DNA of 63,803 nucleotides, counting the filler, from Collodictyon triciliatum (Eukaryota): assembly GCA_043381765.1 (NCBI GenBank). It is 8 parts of 8 records of this genome, joined end to end, with 100 filler letters (N's around TTAATTAATTAA, not from the genome) between each part and the next. Parts side by side here need not be neighbours in the genome. Positions count along the whole stretch, not along the records: positions 39,957 to 47,837 come from JBHJMP010003696.1; positions 47,938 to 55,822 come from JBHJMP010003697.1; 6 more parts are not named here. One strand, given 5' to 3'. This document shows, one piece after another, positions 40,210-51,200 of the stretch. The notes below the pieces were generated by a model. It saw nothing but the letters and a program-made list of their open reading frames with translations, did no database searches and was not told the DNA's origin. Within the stretch, counting starts at the first letter, position 1. Each line of letters begins with the position of its first letter. The position numbers and the translations under genes were made by a program.

Positions 40210-43200
40210 ATGGATCCGCTCTCCAAATACCCTGCGTGCCGCTCCTGGCCGGTGGTGGAGCTGCGCGAGGAGGACATCAGCCCAGGGCCGCGCTTCCCAG
40301 CGGAGGCGGCGCCACGCATCACGGCCGACGCGGCGCCACCAGAGATGCGGTCGGGATTGTTCCCGCCGGGCAGCAGCACGCTGGGGTCGTCCTACGCGGG
40401 GACGACGTACGGGGCGCCGGACGCAGCGGGGGCCACAGCCGTCTCCGCGTCGGACGCGGCGAGCACACGCAGCGAGCTCAACTACATCCACGTGGCGCGG
40501 ATGCAGCCGCAGGGGCACTGCGTGGGGCTGATCGGACTGCCGCAGGCGCAGGTGCAGCCGCAGAGCCGGATCCGACGGGCACAGGCGGAGGCACAGGCGG
40601 AGGCACAGGCGGAGGCACAGGCGGGCACGGGCACGGGCACGGGGCGGGCACAGGCGGGGCGGCTGCAGGCGGCGTCGTGCGGGGCGCTGGGCCCACTGGC
40701 GGCGCTGCGGCACGCGCATCTGGTGCGGCTGGTGGGGCTGCTGGGCACGCGCGAGTGCGAGTGGGCCGCGTTCCTGTGGCCGGACCAGCACGTGCCGGGG
40801 GCGTGCGTCTCCCTCGCGGCCCTGCTGGAGCCCGGGACGCCGCTGCCGCTGCCCGCCGTGCTGGCCTACGCGCGCCAGTTGGCCGCCACGCTGCACTACG
40901 TGGCCACCGTCCTGCCGCGCCACGCCTGCCTCATCCGCCCCGCCGACGTCCTCATCCACAACCACAGCCACAGCCATGACCATGCACGCGCCTACTGGAT
41001 CCCCTTCCGCACGCGCCTCCCCGATCTATGCACCACCGACCCGGAGCTGCTGCCCTACTGCGCCCCGGAGGCTGTGTGGCCGCAGGGCTCCGCCACATAC
41101 ACGCGCACCACGACCACACCCGCAGCCACAGCCACGGCCACTGCTGCGCAGCCACACGACCCCGCCGTCGACCCCGCCGCAGCCATCTCGATCTTCTCGT
41201 TCGGCGTGCTGCTGTGGGAGATGCTGACGGCACAGGCCCCCGCCCCGCCCATCGACCGCACCACGCACTTCATCACCCTCGACCGCGGCGCCCGCCTGCA
41301 CATCCCGGACGCCGTCCCCGACGCGTGGCGCAAGTGCATCCGCATGTGCTGGGCCCACAACCCGCGCGACCGCCCCACGTGGCTGCACCTCTGCACCTGG
41401 CTCCACACGAGGCACGACGCCCACTGGGCCGCCTCCGCCTCTGCCTCCGCCTCCGCCCTGTCCTCCTCGTCCACCGTCTACAGCGACTTTTCGTCCGTCG
41501 CCTCTTCCTCCGCGCCCTTCAGCCACAGCCACAGCCACGGCCACGGCCACAGCCACGGCCTCCCGCCCGTCCCGCCGCCCCCGCCCATCTTCGGCTTCGC
41601 CCCGGCCTCCGCGCCCGTCTTCGGCTCCTTCCCGATGCCCGCCCCGCCCCCGCCCGCCGACTGCTTCGTCCCCCACCCGGTCGGCCTCCCCGACTTCACC
41701 CCGCAGCCTGTTGCGCCGTACCCCGCCGCCCCGACCAGCCCCCTCCGCTCCCCCGACAGTGCCCCGCACGCCTTCCTCGCCCACCTCCCCTCCCCGCCAC
41801 ACTCCCTCTCGCACGCCCATTCCCAGCCACACTCCGGCATCGGTCTCGGCAGGTCTCTGCAAACCCCCACCGCCGCCACCGCCCACCATGACAGGCCCGA
41901 GCCCCGCTTCCCTAGCTTGAGTCTGTGCGATGTCGACGCAACCTGGGTAATTGGACGCTCAAAAGAGATAGATAGAGAGAGAGAAAAAAAAAGAACAGTT
42001 GTTGTGTTTACCCCTCTACCTATGTGTATGATATTTTATTGTTTTGTCTTTTTAATTTATATCTTTTCTTTTCTCTTTTATTTTTTTCTCTATCTCTATG
42101 TATATTAATATTATTTATGAGTAAAGGTCATGATGATCTCAAAGAGACCGTTGTTGCTTATTGAATTTGTAATTATTCATGCAGGAGGTGGAAGAGAAAA
42201 TCACTTTTCAGGCTGCAGATAACACCTACAAGAGCGGCAACATCACTACTGGTATCGACATGATGTCTCAATTGGCTATGGCAGGAAATCAGAAGGCAAT
42301 ATACTTTTTATCCTCCATCCACCAGAGCCATGAATCGCTCATGGATATCGGGCTCTACATGTTTGAATTACGAGAATACAGAGTTGCCTACGAGTACTTT
42401 AAACTCACCCTGGAAAAGTACCCCAATCACTACGGAGCTCACATCGCTCTCGGTTTACTCTATGCTGAATACCCCCGAGCAGCACCCATCACTCAACAGA
42501 CAGATGTCATGCTCTTGTGTCGCAAACAAGCCTTGGAGTCTCCAGTCGAATCAAAGCGTGATTCAATTTCCTTTTTTCGTAATCGTTGTGCTTCTCAGAT
42601 AAAGGCACCCACCACTTGTGGTGCTATATTCTTTACAATGCTAGCCACTTGTCGCCGTTTGCTGCTCTTCGCTCCTCCTCGCCCTAACCCTGGGTCCATC
42701 AAATCATCCAATACACAGTCGGAAAAGCCATCAACATCCTCTCCGCCATCCTCTTCATCATCAAAATCCCCTCCTTCCTCTGAACTTCCAAAATATCTCG
42801 ACGCTAACCCTGAAGAGGACTTGAAACTCTTGTGCGATGCCGTGGATCGAAGCCAAACAGTCGCTGAATATGAACTGGGTCTTGTTTATCAACATGTATT
42901 GCTTCCCAACGTCGATGTAAACTTGGAAACAGCCCTAAAGATGTACAAGCGTGCAGCTGACAAAGGTCACGTTGCAGCAATGTGCGCCATAGCCGATCTT
43001 CATGTTCTTGGTACAGTCAAATCAATTGGTCTCTCACAGGACATGACTATGGCCCTTGGACTCTACCAAAAGGCTGATTCTCTCGGCTCATCATACGCCG
43101 CTTATGCTCTGGGTTGGTGCTATCAATACGGAAAATGCGTCCATGCAGATATACCCACAGCAATTGTTTTTTATATGCGCTCAGCACAGGAAGGAAACAT

Positions 43201-44597
43201 CGATGCACAAACAGCTATTGGGTTGTGCTACTTACAAGGGTGCGGAGTCCCACAGAGTATCAACGATGCCCACTACTGGTTTCGCCTCGCTGCTCTACAA
43301 GAAGCTGCCCCCGCCTTATATCATCTTGGAATGAGTATATTAGAGTCGAAATCAAATCCAACTGACTTGACTCTTCAAGTACTCACTGGTGACACTACCG
43401 AGACTAATTCAGTGAAACAGGAACCCAGTTTACAAAAGGGCATAAGCTTGAGCTCAGTCACTGTTGAACCCTCGGCCAAACCAACCCTAACAAATAGATT
43501 CCAATCCGGCATTGATCTCAAGGCAGTCACCCAAAAAGGTAATTTTCACTTCTTTTTTTTTTTCTGTTCTTTTTCCTCTTGTGTTTTTTTTTATTTATTT
43601 ATTTTTTTACATTCATATTGCCACTCGATCTTTTTATGCAACACACGTTGTTAAAGAATATTCCGTGTTGTCGTGGTGATTAAAAGCTATTCATATATGT
43701 GTTTCAGGTTCAAGTGAGCAATCTATTGGTCCAACCACTCCAAGGATGGTTGAGAATCACCAAGATACTCCTCTCTACCAGCTGGCTTTTGGTTTGTTCA
43801 AGCTAGGGACTGAGAAGAACCACACTCGCTCTCGCTATCAAATGGCTTTGTGCCTCTTGAATGGTATGGGTACAAAACCGAATGTTGATGCTGCTGTGGA
43901 GCATTTGAAAATGTGTGGTGACCATGGGCTTACTGAAGCATTTGCAAAACTCGGTGACATTTATTTCCAAGGAACTTTTCTCACCAGAGACTACGGTACA
44001 GCCGCAAAGTGGTACCAAAAAGCATCAGACGCTGGTCATTCATATTCTCAGCGAATGACGGGGTACCTCCTTCAGGAAGGTCTCGGAGTTACTAAGGACC
44101 CTGGCGAGGCTATCATGCGCTATCTTCAGGCCGGAAATCAAAAGAGCTACCAAGTGAATCTGACAACGCAAGGACACCCTGAACCTGATAACCCTTCAAA
44201 AGGTGCTCCGGCCTCGCCAAGAAAAGCCATTCCCTCCGTTATCACATATGCCAAAGATGCAGAGTTCGCTCCGACAATCGACGTACGGACAGATTTGTGC
44301 CAATTTATCTTTGATAATGGCGACCGAGAGGCCCAATTCATTTTGGGGACTCGCTTTGCGACAGGCAAAGGTGTTTCGAAGGATATGGCACAAGCGTTTG
44401 ATTGGTATAAGCTTGCAGCCAACCAGGGACACGCAGAGGCCATGAGAAATGTTGCAGAATGCTTTGCCAAAGGCCTCGGCACGATGAAAAACCTTCGAAG
44501 TGCTGTGGCTTGGTACGGTAAAGCTGCTGACGCAGGTGACCTTGTAGCCCAGCAGAAACTCGACAGGGCTGGTTCCAGCAATTGCTCCTCCAGCTAA
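40210..44597 (+). CDS. TKL-like pseudokinase plus Pro-rich linker plus Sel1-like repeat protein (3 exons: 40210-41946, 42185-43538, 43708-44597)
   Basis: Kinase-fold motifs LRHAHLVRLVG, ARQLAATLHY, YCAPE, FSFGVLLWEMLT, CWAHNPRDRPT. Sel1 repeats AQTAIGLCYLQGCGVPQS and AQFILGTRFATGKGVSKDMAQAFDWYKLAANQG. Both introns are phase-compatible. Confidence 0.82.
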
Positions 44598-45673
44598 CCT
44601 CTCTTTTCTTTTCTCTTTTTTCATATCTGAGGTTTTCTCCCTTGTCACCACTCACCCCACCTCCACCCACTTGTCATGAGAATATCTTCCCTCCTGCTGC
44701 GGGGGTATGACAAGGAACACAACAAAGCGACACACCTATCCTAAAATTTTCCAGAGTTGGTTGTTTCTTTGTTTCTCTGTTTCTATGTCAGATCGTTCCA
44801 GCCCAGCCGGCGCCCAAATTCCAAATTTGTAAAATACTCGAATCCGGAAATAAAGGGAGGAAGCAAGCGATCAAAAAGGATGAGACCACCTACCAGCGCT
44901 GCCTCATGGATTGCCTACCGATCGTACGCAAACCGAGAAGGCTGGCGCAACCAACCCAGAGAGCAAAAAGGTCACTTTACCACATCCCTAACAGCAAAGG
45001 CTATGCGCCGAGACACACCGACGATCAAGAGACCAGCTGCCACCGACCCGTGAGTATAACAACTTAATAATAAGACGGAGTGAGCTCTTTGAAACGAATA
45101 ATAATGGGGGCAAAAAGACGGAATGAGCTGTTATGATGGAGCAAAGTAGAGACGAGGTAGTAGACTTTTGCACACAGGGCATGGGCACGCAACGTGCAAT
45201 AGGGACAATGCCGTGGCATGGACGACTTCGACGCTCCTAGCCTGCTATCAGTATGAGATCTCAAAACACACAATATTACAACCCATAGAACAATACAACA
45301 AATATCTTTCATTGTTTGGTATTAAGTTTAAGTGTAAAATGAAAAATCAAGTAAGGTCAAACATTCCCCTCGATGAAGTGGGTTAAAACAATTACGTAAA
45401 AAAAAGTCAATAAATTTTTTGTCATTTAAAATTATTGGGGTGCAATATAAACGGCTCTTATGATGATAATTGATGTTTTAAGAAGTTTGAATATCGAACG
45501 GCATATTAATATAGATAAAGAAAACTATATAGATCGATTTGACGGAGCAAGAAGATAAGCCAAAAAAAGTCATTTTATCGCGTCCAGTCAGCGCGAGCGA
45601 TGATGAAGTTTTCAAATATTTGGGTAAAAAAAAAAAGTTAAGAAAACCGGCTGTAAAATGAGGAGCGAGATGA

Positions 45674-45726
<53 letters not shown>

Positions 45727-45737
45727 GAAAAAAGAAG

Positions 45738-45768
<31 letters not shown>

Positions 45769-45809
45769 GACAGGGAGAGAAAAAGTGGTCTTGCAAAGGT
45801 TCAGAGGCA

Positions 45810-45990
45810 AAATGAGACTCTGGAGAAATGGAGGCAGAATAGCAAAGATGCGGGTTTCCGATAGACAAAGACAGCAAAGGGAGATACCCAGCAAATAGAT
45901 GAAAGGCTCAGTGCATAAGCGACTCGTGCAAGGAATCGAAGAGAACGAGAAACACCCGAAGAAAGGCTGAAAGGCCTCAAGTTCAAGCTA
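45810..45990 (+). mobile_element. Decayed STPR-type 23-aa repeat coding fragment (Helitron RepHel N-terminus-like)
   Basis: ETLE.., EIP..IDERL.. and ETPEERL units start at 45814, 45881 and 45949 (~69-nt period) with frameshifts and stops. Confidence 0.5.
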
Positions 45991-46090
45991 TCGACCCACG
46001 GGAAGCAAGATAATTATGATTATAGTGCTCAGTATTAGTTGCTCAAATTCAAAAATCAATAATAATCAAACCTCCCCCCCCCCCCCCCAA

Positions 46091-47104
46091 GAATGTGTTT
46101 GTATAGATAAACTTTCCGAAGAGCAGTTATCTTTATTAGCGACAAAAAAATAGTTGGAGTGGACGCAGGCAAGTTTAATTTTGTTTACATGGTGGACGAG
46201 ACAGGTAAGAAATTACGTTACGCGGCTCACCAAGGAAGACACGATACCAAATCTCGAAAAAATCACAAAATACTCGCGAGAAAAAAAGAAAAGTAGAGTA
46301 TAATTATTCAGGGATACGCATGGCAACACATTTACAAAGTGATGTTTCTTTTGGTTACATGACTTTTGAAGAGAATCAGCTGTTTGAAAGATTAAGAGTG
46401 TCTTTAATCGATTTAGGGACGTAACTGAGTAAACATAATTCATGCGCGGTCGATTATGAAAAATTTCCAAAATGTGTATCTATGAAATCAAGTTACCAGA
46501 TACAATTATCCAGATTTTATGAACAAGTGACTTTTCGAAAGATGAGATGGAGACAGTATGTTAATACAAAAAGAAGTGAAGAATTGTTTATGGACCGAAT
46601 CGAAAAGGCATTTGGCAAGGATGTTGTAGTGGCGTATGGAGACTGGAGCAGAAAATGTCAGATGAACCATTCTAAGCCAACCATCGGAAGAGGATTACGA
46701 AAAATACTATCCAAACGTTTTGAAACAGTTAGTGTAGAGGAATTTAGAACCTCCAAGATGTGCCACAACTGCGAAAAAGAACTGGAATTTTTGAAACTGA
46801 AAGGAAATTCAAAAAAAAAAAAAAAAAGGTGCATAGATGTCTCATATTTAAAGAATGCAATCGCTCAGAAAGCAAACAAAGTGTATCCTTGACAAGGGAC
46901 TTTATCAGCGCTAATAATATACTCAAGAAAGTTCTTTTAATCCTTCAAAATATGCCTAAACACCTTTCTCTAAAAAACAGGCTGTCGGGTCTTTCCTGGC
47001 AGCCTTCACCACTACACGATCTTTGTGAAAAAAGTGGTGAGGCCTTGGATACTAGCGCACCAGGTTTACCAACCGAAAGATTGGTATTCTTCCAGTATGA
47101 ATAA
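46091..47104 (+). pseudogene. Fanzor1 (TnpB-derived RuvC nuclease), C-terminal half, disrupted
   Basis: IDKLSEEQL..DKKIVGVDAGK (RuvC-I), KLRYAAHQ, NSCAVDYEKF, FRKMRWRQY, FGKDVVVAYGDWS, PTIGRGLRKIL, VEEFRTSKMCHNC, HRCLIFKEC, TRDFISANNI (RuvC-III). Disrupted by frameshifts, stops and a ~110-bp insertion. Confidence 0.85.
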
Positions 47105-47143
47105 ATAGAGATCCCCATAACACCCAAATGCCATTTAAATTTA
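46990..47143 (+). ncRNA. Candidate Fanzor omegaRNA scaffold / element right end
   Basis: Hairpins at 47002-47043 and 47067-47086 (GAAA tetraloop) directly 3' of RuvC-III; the position fits Fanzor/TnpB guide scaffolds. Boundaries are inferred. Confidence 0.5.
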
Positions 47144-47732
47144 GGCTCGACGAAGGAAAGTGGGTTGGAGCTCTATGAGTACCTTTTTTCTTTTCTTAAA
47201 TATGTATTATGCTTTCAGTTTATTCCATCATTCCTTGCCCTTAGTCAAGCGGCAAGGTTAAAGAATTGTTTGATAAAGCAGCGTTGGCCTGTAGAAAAAA
47301 ATATATCTCGAGATGTATAAAGCTGCACAAGTGCGGGGAAAGAGACAGACAAGCAGACACACATAAACAGCTAAAAGGCTAAAAGAGCGAAGAGGATGCC
47401 AGGAAAGCTGTTATTGCCGTGTCAGGGTTGTGCAGCCCACCCCGCGGTTTGTGAAGAGGACATCTGTGTGTATGTGTGCGTGCGTGCAGACTAGGGCAGA
47501 TTTGGGGGCTTTGGTGGGTCTGGAAGGTCAGGGACGTCAGGAATCTCCGGTAAGTCCGGGATGTCGTCTTTGCTTGGGATGGGAATCTGCCCCACGGGAA
47601 AATGTGTTAGAACGAAGAAAAAAGGAAGAAAAGGTCGTGTATGCTTCCTGAATGAACAAAAGTTTCAAGAGGGCAAGAGAATAAGGATGGCAGGGGCAAA
47701 AATAAGAGGGCCTGGTACTCAAGATTGCACTG

Positions 47733-47837
47733 GAAGGAAGAAGGAAAGGAAGAAGGAAAGGAAGAAGGAAAGGAAGAAGGAAAGGAAGAAGGAAAGGAAG
47801 AAGGAAAGGAAGAAGGAAAGGAAGAAAGAAAGAAAGA
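47733..47837. repeat. (GGAAGAAGGAAA)n at contig end
   Basis: Tandem 12-mer. Confidence 0.93.
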
Positions 47838-47937
47838 NNNNNNNNNNNNNNNNNNNNNNNNNNNNNNNNNNNNNNNNNNNNTTAATTAATTAANNNNNNN
47901 NNNNNNNNNNNNNNNNNNNNNNNNNNNNNNNNNNNNN
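47838..47937. other. Artificial contig-joining linker
   Basis: N-run, TTAATTAATTAA, N-run. Confidence 0.98.
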
Positions 47938-48046
47938 AATTGTTGGAAAGGAGCTGGTCGGTCGATCGATGGCGGAGCCGAGTGCAGGAGCCGGGGTTTG
48001 CCTGCTTCATACATATTTTATTCTATTCTTTCTTCGTCTCTTTCTG

Positions 48047-48152
48047 TCTTTCTATCTTTCTATCTTTCTATCTTTCTATCTTTCTATCTTTCTATCTTTC
48101 TATCTTTCTATCTTTCTATCTTTCTATCTTTCTATCTTTCTATCTTTCTATC
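48047..48152. repeat. (TCTATCTT)n upstream of the NEK start
   Basis: Tandem octamer. Confidence 0.93.
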
Positions 48153-48214
48153 CACTCGCAATCTTCGCATGTGGTTGATAATAGGCTTCAGAGCCGACGC
48201 AAAACATCGTCAAC

Positions 48215-51200
48215 ATGGATCCATCTTCGAGTCACAGCCAGCTCTCAGACTTCAGTTTCCTCTGCCAACTGGGAAAAGGCAGCTTCGGAAGTGTGTACAA
48301 GGTTCGGCGAAAGAGTAAGTTCTCCTGCCATCCGGCTCACACACCCCTTAAGCCTCGCCTATACTCCACCAATCGTGAAAAATTCATATTGCTTAGATAT
48401 AAAACTCAAGTACATTTATTTTCGTTTTTTAAAATGGATGTATATCAAACGATATTAAATATCTAATTATTTATCTTATCTGTTTGAAATTAAATTATTC
48501 AGAGGACCAAGCCCTATACTGTGTAAAACAGATTGTTCTCACAGGACTTAGCGAAAAGGGACGGAAAAATGCAATCAATGAGGTATGGTTTTACGCAAGA
48601 GTATGATATATGCCCTATCGTTTCCTCTTATTTTTGTTCATGTGAAGAGGTTTCACGTGGATACGCTATAAACCTGTACCTAGGTTAAGATATTGGCCTG
48701 TCTCGACCACCCCTATATCATTCGATATTACGACGCATTCTTTTCAGGAGAAAAGCTGAATATTGTAATGGAGCTGGCAGACAACGGGAATCTTTACAAT
48801 TATTTGAAGGTGGTTAAATCCTTTCATTTCTACATAATTAGATGACGAAGATAAAAAAAACTTATGGAATCAATTCTTTTTATATCACATAAATTTTGCA
48901 GAGTTGAATTTTCCTTCGATCTCATAACTACTGACATAAAAAATCGGTTATCTACATTTTTAAATCCGTTTCTAACCAACACGTCACTTTTTTTAAAAAA
49001 TAAAATAATAATCACATGAACTCATTCTGTCCTTACAGAAGCAGAGCTCAACAGCCAAAAAACTCCCAGAAGATGCAGTCTGGAGGATATTTATTCAAGT
49101 ATGCATCGGTGTTTATCGTAAGTGAAATATATATCCCAAACTGTCTCAATATTCCATGAAATTTAAACATTTTTTTCATTCATATCCGACTCATGAAACT
49201 GCACAGCTGAAATCTCATTTGGTAATAGACATCCACCAGAAAAGCATTCTTCACAGAGACCTTAAGAGCCTGAACATTCTACTCGATAAAGATAGCAATA
49301 TGAAAATAGGTAATCTCGTAATTAAAACAAATGAATTTTTTTTCTTATTTTGGTTTACTCTTTTCTATTTGTGTTGGTTTTTTTTTAAAAAAAAAAATAA
49401 TAGTTTACATCCTTAAAAGAATCCATACTTTCTCTATTTCTCATTGCACAGGTGACCTCGGCTGCGCCAAAATTCTTGATTCTGGGAACACTCACACGAA
49501 CTCAAGAGTCGGCACCCCTTATTACCTTAGTCCTGAAATGTGCGAGAAGAAGCCTTACAACGGTTTGTAATTTATTTATTTCACAAAGAATACTTTTCAT
49601 TAATAGCTATAGTTTCATTATTGCACCAGATGCGTAGCGTAAAAGAATGTGTTTGCTGCATATTCTGATATTGTGATAAAATTTGTGCATGAACTCAAAT
49701 TGCGATTACATCACCAGATCGAGCCGATATATGGGCTCTGGGTGTTATTTTGTATGAATGTAAGCCAATTTTTTTTTTTTAAAAAAAACTGTCTTTATCT
49801 CTGTTACATTGAATCATTATCATTGAATCAAACTGTTGAAGTATTTGTGTTTTTAATATTTAAATGGAAATATAATGTTATTTATCATTCCAGGTAGCAC
49901 ATATAAGCATCCATTCGACAAAAAGGATTTCGCCTCCCTTGTTCCTCAAATATTAAGAGGAAAGTACCAACCAATCAGGTTTTGACTATAAAAAACAAAT
50001 TTTTACTAAATTTTGACTCTGCTACATATATTCAACATGCCAATTGTATTCATAATTTGGTTTAATGATTGCTAAACAAAATTGATTCTTAATTGATATA
50101 TATGGTAACTCTACCATAGCGCCACATATTCGAGGAATTTGTCTGAAATGATTCGCCTATTGTTAACAAAAGACCCTAGCACTCGCCCTGATATATCTGC
50201 GGTTCTTTTCACTCCCTTTTTAGTAGAAAAGGTACAACACATGCTCCAAATTAACAAAAAAAAAATTATACTTATTACTGGAGCGAATCACTGCTTTTGT
50301 AAAATAAAATTTCTCGTTCATATGTGAATTCATAATAAAAACAAAGTTCATTCAATAAGGCCAAAGACTTGTCACTTCCAATGCCAACGCGTACAACGAC
50401 ATCCCCAACGACACATGAGCATCGGGCAGAAAATGTTTGTTCTGTGGTACTTCAAATTTATAGAAATAATTTTATCAAGTTACGACATACCTAGACTCTA
50501 TTCTTTACAAAATAACTCAAACCAAGCCTTCCTCACCGTAGTCTTCCAATCATTCCGGGGTTTCCAAACATGGTATATAAAATAAACATGTTAAATTAGC
50601 ATCCATGGTTTTGTTTCATTTTGTAATACTGTAATAATTGTGCAGGTGGGATTCACATACCATCAACTACCCCGCGGGCAGTGGCACATATAGTTCTCGC
50701 TGGGAAGCAAATACCAGCAGCAAAGCCTTCAGAAAACGGCGGTGTGGAGAAGGTGAATGATAAAATACACAAATGATTTCCTGCCTAATGTACTTGAGTG
50801 CAGGTGCTATCTTGGGGTATGTATATGTGACAAATATATTATACCCATATCAATTTTTGTGTGAAATAGCCTCTTGTCGTTGCTGGAAAAAGACCTCAAT
50901 CAGCAGCTCCCAGTCGACCAGAAGAAAAAGCAGCACCGTAATAAATACGCTGGCAAATGATCAAATGATCATTGTGAAATTATAATCATTTTTTCTTTTC
51001 CTCCACAAAGGCTTAATTTAACCAAATGCTAAAAATTAAACAGAAAGCAACCGCTAAAGCAGCCTGACCAGAAGAAGCCTACACCAGGTGCTTCAAACCC
51101 ATTTATCTGATCAACTTATACTATCTTTTTTATGTTATGGAAACAAGAAAACAAATTACCAACAAAGGCACCCTGTTACTCATCATGCTCGCTTTGATTA

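Noticed and set aside
40119-41920. Many long overlapping and antisense ORFs
   Set aside because: Expected from stop-codon scarcity in very GC-rich DNA; only the 40114 frame has kinase-fold motifs and splices in phase.
44580-44597. C-terminal CSSS as a CaaX prenylation signal
   Set aside because: The middle residues are not aliphatic; too weak to support without a predictor or homologues.
45180-45250. TCNRDNAVA as a second TnpB/Fanzor RuvC-III motif
   Set aside because: Only an NRD match, with no upstream zinc finger or other RuvC motifs.
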